Source: the human T2T-CHM13v2.0 reference genome, Homo sapiens. Taken from it: a DNA stretch of 64,000 nucleotides. The notes beneath the pieces are model-generated. The model saw only the letters and a program-made list of their open reading frames with translations, did no database searches and was not told the DNA's origin. A program made the translations under genes and the position numbers. Every line of letters starts with the position of its first letter. The first letter of the stretch is position 1. Location: NCBI RefSeq assembly GCF_009914755.1, contig NC_060947.1. One strand, given 5' to 3'. Below, in pieces: positions 13,306 through 26,506 of this stretch.

Positions 13306-13743
13306 TTTTTTTAAAGTTTTTTAAATTTTAAGTTCTGGGAAACATGTGCAGAACGTGCAGATTTGTTACATAGGTACACATGTGCCATAGTGGTTTGCTG
13401 CACCTATGAACCCGTCATTTAGGTTTTAAGCCCCGCATGCATTAGGTATTTGTCCTAATGCTCTCCCTCCCCTTGCCCCCCACCTCGCGACAGGCCTCGG
13501 TGTGTGATGTTCCCCTCCCGGTGTCCATGTGTTCTCATTGCTCAACTCCCAATTATGAGTGAGAAAATGCGGTGTCTGTTTTTCCATTCCTGTGTTAGTT
13601 TGCTGAGGATGATGGCTTCCAGCTTTATCCATGTCCCTTCAAAGGACATGAACTCGTTCTTTTTTATGGATTCATAGTATTCCATGGTGTGTATGTGCCA
13701 CCTTTTCTTTATCCAGTCCATCACTGATGGGCATTTGGGTTGA
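13306..13743 (-). mobile_element. 5'-truncated L1PA (~PA7-8)
   Basis: AAGTTCTGGGAAACATGTGCAGAACGTGCAG...TTTTAAGCCCCGCATGCATTAGG. ORF 13542..13763 carries the L1 ORF2 C-terminal motif QPKCPS..DWIKK.WHI.TMEYY. Confidence 0.92.
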
Positions 13744-15313
13744 TAAACATATATAAAGATCACTTTCTTATCCTAAGGAAAAGTATACTTGTATAATGGG
13801 ACCAGATATATAAAGTGACTTAGTTAAAATACAAATCAACCCTAAGTATAAAATTAAAGGGAATTCTAAATACAACATGTATATGGAAATACCTATAATA
13901 ACTAAATTCCTAATGTTGACAAAGCACTTGACAGTTTACAAATTCTTTTACTATATCATAGCATTTAATAATGTTAATGAAGTCTGTCACGTAGGCATTT
14001 TGCATGTTTTACAGTTCAGAAAATGTTTTCTTCCAGTAAATCTCAGCTAAAAACTGCTGAAGCTAGGGCTTGAACATCTGTCTTATTCCCATTTTTAACA
14101 CGGACTGTTACATTTTCATCTACTTTTTTTGACTAATAAAGTCAATATGAAAGTCAGTCTAGATTCAGGCTTTGCACATCTTCTTTACAATGCTAGCGAG
14201 TTTGGGGCAACCAGATAAACACCAAAAGCACTCAAAGAACATGACCATAAATTAAAAATAAATCCATAATAAATTCAGATGCTATGCTCTTCAAGGAAAA
14301 AAATCAAAAAGGGGTATTGAAAATGTGCCTGTATTTGCGTGATATATGCATATATATGTACGTAGGTACACATATTTGTAATTTATGTGTATATATGTAT
14401 ATAGTTTATGGATGTATATACATGTAAATGCACATATATGTAAAAATCATATAAATATATAGAAATAAATAAAGATCTATAGTACCATTTTAGAGAAACA
14501 ATAAAGCATAATTTCTGGCAAAAAATTAAAGTTGGGTATAATTCAAATATCAGTCCATTATACAGAAAAAGTAAAAGTTTGTCCTACCTTGGATTTTACT
14601 GATTATAAAATGAAAGCACAAATGATTAAAATTTCTAGTTTTACACCAGGTACTATACTGATGGCATGCCCACCCTGTCTTGCTAATAGTCCAGTTTTCA
14701 TAAACTACCTTGTTTGAAAATGAGAATTTTCATGTGAAGTCAGGGCTCCACATTGGAAAACACTGATGTTTCTAACTCATTCTAGATATTTCATTCTCTC
14801 TTTCTACCCATGTAATTTTAGCATTGCTTGCTCCTAGCACAATGTTTGGCACATACTTGTTTCTTAATACAAGTTCTTTAACTCAAACAATATAATCATC
14901 TCAGTAAATTCAGTGCCATACCCATACTTTACCTTCTCTTATTCTCCCGGGGCTAAATATGATCACTTCAATCAGAATGCTCATAAAACAAAATCACCTG
15001 ATTAATGCAACTTATGTTTTCATGAAGTTTAAATCAAAATCATTTGGTTTGTTTCATCTCTTCATTTTAAAACCCTTTTAAAATAGATTAGTCTACTTTA
15101 TTGCCTTGGTAAATATAGAATGTTGAATATTAATTTTAATCATTGCTAATGATTGGGGTCATTAAAAAGTTCCAGAATCGTCATCTTTACAAATAGTCTC
15201 TGAGTATACTGCTGTGCATGTTGAGGGCTTAGGCCTTTAAATTTGTGAGGCAAATCTATGGCCTACAGTGTGCCCTATGAACATTGCTTTTAGGAATAAA
15301 TTGATGTTAAGAA

Positions 15314-15540
15314 TGTACTAGTTTACAATCCCACCAACAGTGTAAAAGTGTTCCTATTTCTCCCCATCCTCTCCAGCACCTGTTGTTTCCTGACTTTTTA
15401 ATGATTGCCATTCTAACTGGTGTGAGATGGTATCTCATTGTGGTTTTGATTTGCATGTCTCTGATGGCCAGTGATGGTGAGCATTTTTTCATGTGTTTTT
15501 TGGCTGCATAAATGTCTTCTTTTGAGAAGTGTCTGTTCAT
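15314..15540 (-). mobile_element. Inverted 5' portion of a twin-primed L1PA
   Basis: ORF 15307..15540 is L1 ORF2 sequence ([21 protein letters not shown]...[20 protein letters not shown]). Confidence 0.95.
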
Positions 15541-16128
15541 TGTGGAAGGCAGTGTGGCGATTCCTCAGGGGCCTAGAACTAGAAATACCATTTGACCCAG
15601 CCATCCCATTACTGGGTATATACCCAAAGGACTATAAATCATGCTGCTATAAAGACACGTGCACACATATGTTTATTGCGGCTCTATTCACAATAGCAAA
15701 GACTTGGAACCAACCCAAATGTCCAACAATGATAGACTGGATTAAGAAAATGTGGCACATATACACCATGGAATACTATGCAGCCAGAAAAAATGATGAG
15801 TTCATGTCCTTTGTAGGGACATGGATGAAACTGGAATACATCATTCTCAGTAAACTATCGCAAGGACAAAAAACCAAACAGCGCATGTTCTCACTCTTAG
15901 GTGGGAATGGAACAATGAGAACACATGGACACAGGAAGGGGAACATCACACCCTGGGAACTGTTGTGGGGTGGGGGGAGGGGGGAGGGACAGCATTAGGA
16001 GATATACCTAATGTTAAATGAAGAGTTAATGGGTGCAGCACTCCAACATGGCACATGTATACATATGTAACTAACTTGCACACTGTGCACATGTACCCTA
16101 AAACTTAAAGTATAATTAAAAAAAAAAA
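15538..16128 (+). mobile_element. 3' portion of the same L1PA (~PA3-5), with 3'UTR and polyA
   Basis: ORF2 C-terminus LWK.VWRFL..LELEIPFDPAIPLLGIYPKDYKSCCYKDTC, then G-rich 3'UTR, AAACTTAAAGTATAAT and polyA. Confidence 0.95.
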
Positions 16129-16598
16129 GGATGTATCCTACCATGATGTGTCTTTTTCCTAGGACTGGCATAAAATAAACTAATCTGGCTAACAGACAAT
16201 TTCAGTTTATCCTCATTTTTATCACCATGTGACCTCGGGCATAACTAAACATGATCTAATTTTATGTTACTTCTGGATTCAATGCATTTGCCTCTCTCTG
16301 AGATCTATTTGTAATCAAATTTGTTAATTCCATCCTGAAAGGGAGAAGTAAAAAGGAAAAAAAGTTAACATCTTTCTAACATTTCAACTTTGAACTACCC
16401 CATCCCCAGAAGAAACTGCTATTAAAGATAAGTTTTGAAAACTACACAAGGGCCTTACATTATCTTGAACATATATATTATTTACAAGATCACCTAACTT
16501 TCTTCCTCATTTAACTGAAAAGCTTTCAGATAGCCTACTTTTTTCTCACATAAGTAGATGAAAAAAAGAAAGAAAATCACTGTGTATTATTTTCCCAG

Positions 16599-16630
<32 letters not shown>

Positions 16631-16863
16631 TAGCTACTACGGAAAATGTAAATGCATTTATCTCACAAGGAAGTTTAAAGCCTTGGAGCCATGTTTTCTG
16701 TATTAACACGTGTTTTCATCGCTTCTTCCTCCACAATTGTTTTTTAGATTTACGCTTTTTCAAAGCATAAATAACCCCAGTTTGTCTTCAGCTGCAATGA
16801 GAAAACATAGCATGGTATATATCTCTTGCTATCTGTCAATTTGCCTATTAAAATATTGTTCAC

Positions 16864-17071
16864 CTTTTCTTTGGAGGGTTTTTCTTCGCCTCCTCTTTCC
16901 TGACTAAAGTTTCTTGCATCCCGTGCATCCGTCAAAGGCTTAGCTTTCTGTTTTGTTTGTTCAAAGCCCGCCTTTTGGGAGCTTGGTCCCATCTTTGCTT
17001 CCCTCCTGCTATCATCTCCTTCTAAGCATTCTGTTTTTAGCTTCACATCTCCCTTCGCCATGCTTCTTTTG
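16864..17071 (-). other. Candidate coding exon (MAKGDVKLKTECLEG...EEKPSKEK), host gene unidentified
   Basis: Non-repeat, purine-rich on the minus strand, several retained CpGs. ATG at 17061 is in strong Kozak context (AGCATGG), with 66 open codons to a phase-0 donor AAG|GTGAAC. Possible weak acceptor TTGTTCTAAG|C. No homology recognised. Confidence 0.35.
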
Positions 17072-17454
17072 CTTAGAACAATAACGCAGCAGCAAGTACA
17101 TCGATTGCTTTAGGAGGATTTTATCTTGTACTCAGTTCCATGTTCCTATTCATTCATTTGTCTTTATTTCTTTAAGTTTCTCGAGGCAAATATTTAGTGT
17201 TACAGATCTATGCCTACGAGTTGATGTCTGGTTGCCAGAATTTTATCAGATACATACACAGCTCATCACAGACAATGTGATTAACACTTCTGCATGAATT
17301 ATGTAAAATGTTCGTATCAGAGTCTTTTCATAGTAAAGATATTAGTGATATTATGTATAAGTGTTTATATACATTATATTTTGTTATATTTTGTTGCAGA
17401 ACATGTTCTGAGTTTTCTTCTTTTCACCTAGATTTGGAGTTTTAATATGGAGAA

Positions 17455-17680
17455 GCAGTGGTGGTTTAAAAGACCACAGAATGATGTCAGACAGGCCAGA
17501 GTTCAAATACAGGTTTTACTACTCTATGGCTCTATGAGCGTGAGTAAGTTACCCTAGCCTCTCTCCAGCTCAATTTAGGATTACTACGAAGAAGCTCGGA
17601 AACCTCACACAGGGAAAAGTCATGTAGTGGGCATAGCACGATTAGAACTATAACACACCCTCAATTAACGTTGATACCTG
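17455..17680 (+). mobile_element. MIR SINE
   Basis: GTGGTTTAAAAGACCACAG...CAGAGTTCAAATAC...GTGAGTAAGTTACCCTAGCCTCTCT. Confidence 0.6.
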
Positions 17681-17988
17681 CTCTTATTCTCATCCTCACC
17701 ATTGCTATTGTAACTATTTTCTCCCCTTGCAATTGGTTCCCAGAATTTCACATAAACTATGAATCCAGTTTGAACTTAATATTTATTGAATTATTTTCTT
17801 CTAAACATTTCTAATTTTCCCATTTCTTGAAAAGAACTTTTACCAGATGTTATTCATATTGAATTGTAAATTTAAAACTATTATAATAAGCTGAAATATA
17901 TCCCTTGGTTAGAGGACTTAACACTTTACCAATATAACAATTATAATCAGTAAGAACATTGCTTCTATATAACATTTTATTACAATTT

Positions 17989-18511
17989 TGCTATAGTTTA
18001 AATGTGTCCCCCAAATTTCATGTGTTGGAAACTTAATCCCCAACGTGGCAGCACCGGGAGATTGTGCCTTTAAGAGGTGATTGCATCATGAGGGCTCTGC
18101 CCTTATGAATGGATTCATCCATTCATAAATTAATAGGTTAATGGGTTATCATGGGAGTAGGATTCATGATTTTATAAGAACAGGAAGAGAGACATGAACA
18201 CATTAGAATACTCAGCCTTCTTGCCATGTAATGTCCTGCACTGCCTCAGGGCTCTGCTGTGTCCCCATGAGCAAAAAGGCTCTAACAAGTCTACAGCCAC
18301 ACCAGCCTAAACGCGCCCACTCTTATCTGATCTTGGAAGCTAAGTGAGGTTCGACCTGGTTAGTACTTGGATGGGAGAAGGCTCTGACCAGATGTGGCCC
18401 CTCAACCTTGGACTTCTCAGCCTCCGTAACTGTAAGAAGTAAACTCCTTTTCTTTGTAAATTACCCATTTTCAGGTATTCTGTTACAAGCAACAGCAAAT
18501 GGACTTAGACG
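17989..18511 (+). mobile_element. MST-family (ERVL-MaLR) solo LTR, interrupted by a 5S pseudogene
   Basis: Starts TGCTATAGTTTAAATGTGTCCCCCAAATTTCATGTGTTGGAAACTTAATCCCC and ends AGCAACAGCAAATGGACTTAGACG. 5-bp TSD AATTT/AATTC. Confidence 0.9.
18289..18378 (+). pseudogene. 3'-truncated 5S rRNA retropseudogene (~nt 1-90)
   Basis: GTCTACAGCCACACCAGCCTAAACGCGCCC...TCTGATCTTGGAAGCTAAG...CCTGGTTAGTACTTGGATGGGAGA aligns colinearly with human 5S rRNA from its first base. Flanked by a 13-bp TSD. Confidence 0.95.
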
Positions 18512-21500
18512 AATTCTTTCACAGTATAAGATTTTATTGACACATAGTGTGTTGAATAAATAACAGAATGATTTCATCTTTTGTAATCAAAATTAAGTTT
18601 GTATTAGTTTCCTGTATTGTTCCTAACTCATTCAAAGATCAGGTGGATGAAGGACAGACTGGAAAATTTTAATGACTTTACTTAAATAAGTCATTTACTT
18701 ATTTAAAAAGTCACATATTTAAATGAATAATTTGGTTGTATAACACAGTTACTTTAGAATAAAAATATTATATCTATAATATTTTAAAGTAATAAATAGG
18801 ACCATAGGCTATTTATGAAATATGACATGAATTTAGAATTTCGAGACAAATCTATATTTATTTAAATGGGCAATATGGTTTGAGAACAGTTGATATGAAA
18901 CACGATGATGAACCCATCTTCTGATGAATAAGAAAAACACTCAATTGGCAATGGAGCTGATCATGCATTCATTGAAATTAAATTGGCTTTAAGTTGTACT
19001 AGTCTTCTTATGCAACGAGTAGCTCCTTATTTTGATGAAAATTCCCCAATTTATAACTAAGACTGGATCTTGTTATTTTGATCAGAGATGCAAATGTCTT
19101 TGGAAAAAAAGTTGGGGGTTCTTAATCACATGACTTATCACTGAGAATTTATAAAAACATTTTATCCCCTTGTAGAAATCGATCTCAAACTTAGGGAACA
19201 TATAATTTAGAGAAACTATTTTTAACCCAACGGAGCTGCATTTAGGTTACTCCCTGTGATTACTTTTGAACTTGGTAGCACTCTTCTTGGTTAGCACTGT
19301 TATTTGGAGACAATATCATACGAGGTTTATCTTGTAGGACATGTTCAGTAATTTCCTGGATAGTGTTCAAATTATTAATAGCTAATCATTATTCCAGTGA
19401 ATATAATACAGTGTACTTTAAAAGTCATCATTATATATATGCTAACGATAAATGAAAAATAATCATACGCAGATATGAGAACTATAATGTTGGAATAAAG
19501 TGCTTCATTGCTGCCCCACACGCGTTAGCACTTGAATAAATGTGGATATAAAGTAGAAAGAAATATTAAATATCAAGTGTTATTCCAACCATTAAAGGAT
19601 TTTTACTAAGAGAAGAATCTTTCTTCACATGATGACTCTATAACTTAGCTGAAAACAAAAGCGCATAAATGGCCTCTCCTGAAGCTATGTCTTACACTCC
19701 TTCTGATGACATTTCAATTATAAGCCGAAGCTCCACGAAACAATCGATTCCTAAAGGTCTAACAATTGATCACTCCGTACACTGAAGTGCCTGTAATGAC
19801 TACTGTTTATAAATGTTTTGCTTTAAAAAATAAGGCACACTATTAATAAACAGTTTGCTTTAATAGAACAAATGCAAGTTTTCAAAATATTTATCAGACC
19901 ACGACTCTTCCTGACTCAGATTGGCTTCAGATGTATGTATAAGGAAGGCCTATTATATTCGTAAACACTGCTAAGTTGAGAGACCTGTTTCTAGATCCCA
20001 GTAAATAGTTAAGAGAAATTCACATCATTGATCTGGTTGCATCAGTTTCACACAGTGCACAATCTTATATAACCTTTTTTCCCCCCAGTGGCTATTCATT
20101 TAGGATATCCTTTAGAACAAAAGAATAGGATTGAGTGTCATTTAGCAGAAAGAAGGGAGCTAAGCTGACAGGCATAGTGTTCTGTTGCAGTATTTTGTGT
20201 TTTCATCATTGGACAGCAATGACTACAGAACCGGCCACGGCAGCAAACCCCTCAGAGTTCAGGGCTTGGGAGTGGGGGAGTGGGATGGACAACAACTGAG
20301 GAGGCAGAGACAGAGAACTGCTTAGCAAAAAGGAAGAAGAAATCAATAATGATTATCTTCTCTCCTTGGGCTACTGCAACTCTGTTAATTTAGGCATGAT
20401 TTTTGTACTACATATTCTTTGAATTGGAAAATATATTTTTGATGTATTTCGGGAGGTAATACATAATCCTTCTGATAAGCAATATTTGTTGAGCATTTTA
20501 TCTGCTCTAATTATGTCAGGTGCTTTGCTACTTCACAGTAACCACATGATAAAGAACTATGAATAGCCCTAGCTTAGAAATAAAAGTAAAAACTAGAGAG
20601 GTAAAGCAACCCACCCAACATCATATACATAGTGAAGAAGCTGCCAGGACTGGAGGCCAGATTTGCCTGTGTCCTCTAATGCTAAATGTGCACAGGGCTT
20701 AGAGCTGTTCTGAATTCTGTAATACCCAATGTCTCCCTTTTTAGAACCAACATTTAGTAACACCCTCATTTACCACCCTGAAATGAAATGAATAGATCTC
20801 ATAAACTTGTCTGCACAGTGATCTAACCATCATATAAAAAAGAAAGAAAATAATTCATAACACAACAATATATGTTTTATTTTATTTTAAAATACTTTGA
20901 AACGTGTGAATGTTTTCATGGCCACACCAGAAGACCTATTGAAGATGCCAGACACTTGCGCCTATGTTAAGAATCCCCTTTAATGTAGAATTTTTCAAAT
21001 GTCCCCTGAATATAGGTGAGTTGTATGGAACACTCAAGTACCATGAGTCGCAAGGCTATTAAGTCCTAGTTTTCTGCTATGGAAAAGAGCTCCTAGGAAA
21101 CTTCTAGAAATTGTTCTATAATTGCTGCATTCTTGAAAAATTCAGCAACTATCAAAACTGCATTTCCTCTCCTGTCTCCCTGCTCCAGTAAAAAACATCC
21201 ACACAAAACACGCTTTGTGTTTATATGTTAAATGGATTTACATTCTAGGGGAAATTAACTATAAACAAGGTTTTCCTCTATTTGAATGTGCAGGGGTATG
21301 AGGAAACACTGTTTACGCATCATGAAGAGTCTAGTCGCTTACCAACACACGTTAGTGCCAGCAGTGTCCACCTTTCATCATAACAACCAAAAATGCCTCC
21401 CTTGTTCAATTCAGAGAGACCATATTCCAGCAGAAACAGAAATGCCTCAGGTAAGAATTGTAACATTAAGAGAACATATGCAAAGATCTCAGTGCAGTAC

Positions 21501-23494
21501 TTTTGCACTCAACAAGCACTAAATAAATGGTAGCTATTAGTGAATAATGACAATTCTATATTTATACAGAATTGCTCTTACAAAGCTTATATTAACAGCT
21601 TAAACAGAAATTGTAACATTTATAGCTTAAAATGAATAAAGCTATGTGTGATACATTAAATGATTTAAATTTTAAAAACTGTAAGAATTAATGTGGAAAA
21701 CTGGTTTTAATTTGAGTTATTTCACATACACAAATGTTTGCTCTTATACACATTTTATTGCCCATATGATAGAGGTAGACTTTCTTCTAAAACAATCATA
21801 TTAATGATTTAAACAAAAACGTGAGTTTAATATGCATTATTATTCATGCTTCATAATAATCACCTGATCTCTTCAAATTTAACTGTCACACAAAGCTCAG
21901 TTCCTTTTCATGGCTATAAATTACATTTCAGAACTTTGTGTCTTTATACTGCTAATAAGTCATATTTGATAATCCAGCATATAATAAAAGGATCGTGTAC
22001 AACATTAATTACAAGGTCAGTTAGATGTCAATGTAGAAACTCATTGAATAGTATTTTTGTGGAAGTAGCTAGACTCTATTATGTTTAAACTTCACCATAA
22101 TGAATAATTTGTATCAGACTTAATTCACGAGAGAAAAGTGAAAGTTCTGCGGCAAAGTGGCTTTTTCTCCCGAAATAATGTTAATAATTGAAGGCTTTCA
22201 AAATTTTTTCCTGCAAATTTCAGATGTGATTAAGTGTTGACTTTATAAAGGCTGGAAACGTCAAACACTTTAAAGTAAAATTGTGTTTTCATCTTAATTT
22301 AATGATGAAAAACATACTTATGCTGTCTAATAGATCTAACCAAGAATTTCTGATTCATTTGATTGGTCTACCTGGAAAATAATAAAATTAATAAAGGAGA
22401 GTATAAAATGCATATTCTGTAGTACATAAATGATGTGTCTTTTAAAATGTCAACTGAAATAATATTTTTTAAAATGAAGCCATTTAAAAATGATTTTTAG
22501 TGTAAATAAGATGCCAGAAGATGGACAGGTATAAAATTAACCTCTACCCATAACCATAATTTCATAGTAGTTAATGAGCTCAACTCAAGAAAAGGATAGA
22601 AGTCTAGTCAGGAAAAGGGTAATGCAAAGTGAAACATTAAAGTTAAATTATTTCCCTCATTTTTGGTAACAGGTTATTAAAATAGACTTGAATGGGTTTT
22701 TCAATATGAAACACTAGGATGAGCTTTCTGTGCTTCAGTTTCTTCATCTGAAGGAGAGGCTGTCTGAGTAGGGGACCATAAGAATCCACTTCAGCTTCTG
22801 TAGTCTATGATATATCTGCATTTTTATCAGGCATTTATTATTATTCCCATGTAGCAGGGAATGTTCTGCTCCCTCCCTTGAGCCAGGAAGTACAATTTGT
22901 ATCAGGATCTCGAATTATGTTTTGCTCCATCTAATCCCAGTCATTTCTCTACATATCTGTATTTTTCACCATACTTAATAAAATTATAGGGATTTCTTCT
23001 TGTTCTACCACTTCACTTCATGGTCTCCACTTGAGTAATGCAATCAACTGGCAGGTACAATTACCATGAGGCAGAGGGAAATGTTTCTTAGGACCCAGGC
23101 AAAACTGATTTATTTTCCTTTGTGCCAAATCTTACATGTACTTTTACACCAAGTTAACCTGCTTAGGCAAAGGGAGGAGCCATCTTTTTCAAGCTCTGCA
23201 ATGATCCTTGAGAAAGCAGAAAAGTCAATGGGATCTAATATTTTTATGGTGTGAGTTCCATCTGGGGACATTTGTATGGGGTTGAAGAGGAATGCATTTG
23301 ATGAGGCAGTGACTGTTTGATCTTAGGTACCACGTTCCTCAGTATGTGGGAGTGTAAAGCTTCATGAACAAATTATTTTTAGTTGAGCTAAATGGCTATG
23401 AGTTGATCATTAATGATTAGGAAAAAGAGCCAGGATGGAGGATTACGCTCTTGGCCTTGAAGATCTCTAAGGCAGTAGAAAGAGTAATAAGGAG

Positions 23495-23558
23495 TATATT
23501 AGGGTTCCTTAGAGAAACAAAAGGAATAAGAGAATATGTATACACACACATATATAAT

Positions 23559-23596
<38 letters not shown>

Positions 23597-24062
23597 TCTG
23601 TGTGTGTTTGTATGTGGTAAGAAATTGGCTCATGCAATTATGGAGGCAACTATGGAGACTGACAACTCCCAAGGTATACAGGGTGAACAAGCAAGCTGGA
23701 GACCCGAGAGAGCTGATAGTGTAGTTCCAATCGAAGTAGAGCAGACTTGAGATACAAGAACAGCTAATATTGTGGTTAAAGTCTGAAGGCAGGAAAAAGC
23801 CCATGTCCCAGTTTGAAGGCAGTCGGGCAGAACGATTCCCTTTTGCTCAGGGGAGGGTCAGTGTTTTTCTTCTATTCAGGCCTTTAATTAATTACATGAA
23901 GTCTGCTCACATTAGGAAGGGCAATCTACTTTACTCAGTCTACCAATTTAAATGTTAATCTCATCTGATAACACTTGCACAGAATCACCCAGAATAATGT
24001 TTGACCAAATATCTGGGCACCTTGTAGCCCAGTCAAGTTGATGCACAAAATTAACCATTACG
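23495..24062 (-). mobile_element. MLT2B-like (ERVL) solo LTR with internal (TG)n
   Basis: TATATTAGGGTTCCTTAGAGAAACA...AATTGGCTCATGCAATTATGGAGGC...CCCAGTCAAGTTGATGCACAAAATTAACCATTAC. (TG)n at ~23563-23595. Confidence 0.88.
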
Positions 24063-26421
24063 GGCAGTGTTGACAGATCAAAGTAGTGGTAACAGTAGGT
24101 GCAAAGTGAACAACAGTATCATTAGAATGTCCAGGGACTTTTTCAATTCCAGAAACATATTGACTGGGTTTGATGCCCCATAACTTTACAAGTAACAACT
24201 ATTCCACATGATACTCAATGCTCATATGACTGCCTTGGAGGAATAATTGACATTCTCTACCCCCTGTCCCAAACTTTAAAAAACATTTTGTGTACTGAAA
24301 TGATTTAGGATGAACTGTGACCGGAAACAAGAAAATAGTAACTCACGGGGTGGTCCAAGCAAGATGACAGCCAACTTTTTGTTCTTTGTTTTGTTTTAGA
24401 TTCTTAACGCTTTAGTGAAGTTGGATCCACATTTTGATCATTGCAAATATTAGAAACAACTTACATGTTCAACAAGGTAAGATTGGTTAAAAAAAATCAG
24501 CACAAATACAACAAAATACTATCAGGTCATTTAAAAATGTGAAAGAATGAAATTTAAGAGCAAAGAAGAATCTCATGCTACAGAGATTTCTCTTACAAAG
24601 AAAGTCATCTAAATTCTCATGGATAGAATGCAATAGATTAATTAGGAAACAGTATTTATAGAAACAGGATTGTTACTCGTTAAATTGCCATAAAATTAGA
24701 ACAAGAACAAACACTAGCTTAAAAGAGAAAAGTGCCTTTTCCTGAGGACATGTGATACAATGATGGCATTTACAGAAAAATGAGTTAATGATACTGAGGG
24801 ACTGGCAAAAAGAAAGGAGGCCATTTTCATGGAACCAAGGAAAACTATATTCAAAGGTGGTATCTTTTCTCTGCTATTGGTTTTATAATCATATACCTAT
24901 AGCTACACTTAAAAATTAAAATACTTACAGAAAATATAACTTTGATATTGATAGTCTGAAACTCTCTACCCCAACCTCTTCTCTTAATGGATAATTATGT
25001 TTAAGATGGTTTTTTAAATAACGTGAGGTTTTTTATTAGTTAAGAACACAAGGAGCATGTTAGAATACACTGCATGTTGTGAAGTTCAGAAAGCCTGTTA
25101 TAAAAGAGCAGTATCTTATTGCCTTTTCATAAACATACGAATGTTTAAAATTCATATTTATATAACAGGAAAAAAGACTATTAGGAAATGTTTGAACATG
25201 AAAATGTATCAAAATGTTAAAAGTGGTTTGCTGGGGAAAGTGATATTAAAGAAGATATTTATAATTTTTTCTCTATGCTCATCTATCAGCCTATACATTT
25301 TTCATAATAAACCAATATTATTTGCATATTCTGAAAAAAGTGTTATTTACTTGTTAGCTAAAATTTCATGTTATTTGATTCAGACTGTGTTTCTTCTGCT
25401 CAGTTTTTGGAATGCTCTCTCTCTACACTCAATCTATCTGAGAAGAATCAACAGCTACAATACAATTTTTTTTTTGCATTTAGAGACTCTATGCGCCCAG
25501 AATAATTCTGTGATATGTATTTCTCTTTATCTAAAAGTCTATATAGACAAGGGGCTCTGATACATGGTTTCTTCTTTAAGCCACCATCGAACATGCTGCA
25601 GGAAAGTTAATCGTGGGGATATCCAACAGAGACCTGTATCAATAACATAAGAAAATGGGAAATTCACCCGATACTTTTATTTCCTAGGGTGAAAAAGAAA
25701 TTAGAGCCAGGTAATATCTGGTATAAAAATAGGTAATATCATACAAAATTCATTAAAGAAAATGTGAGTGCGGAAATTACCAAATCACAGAATATTAGAG
25801 CTGGAAAAGACATTGTACAGATACAGAAATTTGAAAAAAAAAAATACAGAGATGAAGTGATCATTCTGCTGTCCTCACAGAAATGCCTGCTACTTCTATT
25901 GAATTTTCCTCTCATCTTCCTTTAAGCATTTCTGGAGTGCGTGGTGTGTGTAATCATAAAGTTTTGTGTTAAATGCCAAAAAGGAGGAAATCATAAAAGA
26001 GCGGTGTAATTTTTCTATTATATTTTGATAGTCCTGCCCTCTGCATAATTATTTTGTTTCTAATGTCTCCAACATAATCTCTTAAACATTTCTTAAAATA
26101 TTTTTTTTATCCTAAATGCGAGCCGACTAAGGCAACTTCTTGACAAACACACGTCAAATAACACCAACATCAAAATCTAACCATTCACATCCATGAGGTA
26201 AAGAAAACAAAATTAACCAGTCATTATTTTTCAATGGCTATGACTTTTATAATAGTACAGCTTAGTTTCTATGCATCCTCCTATATTCTGAGATTCAGCG
26301 TTATACATTTTCAATTTGATTTTGCCAGTCAAATTTCATTTGTTCTTGTTTGATTGGCTGTCGTTTACCTATTAGGTGCTGCCTTCAATTCATTTTTACA
26401 TTCTCTGGGGAGACAACCTAC

Positions 26422-26506
26422 ACACGAAGGTTTTGCCACTTTAAATGTTTAATTCTGCAACACGTTGCAGAGTAAAATCTTCCTCGATTTATCCTATAGA
26501 AGTTTC
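26422..26506 (-). other. Candidate 85-nt internal exon
   Basis: Acceptor TTTTGGTTTTTCACTTGCATTGTCACAG|G and donor TGT|GTAGGT in unique, CpG-retaining sequence. One open frame (NFYRINRGRFYSATCCRIKHLKWQNLR). Confidence 0.4.

Noticed and set aside
15471-15998. Longest ORF (175 aa)
   Set aside because: Chimera of antisense and sense L1 ORF2 across the inversion junction; not a gene.
25057-25560. 167-aa hydrophobic ORF
   Set aside because: AT-rich, overlaps degraded L1M-like sequence, and its I/L/F/K bias reflects base composition.
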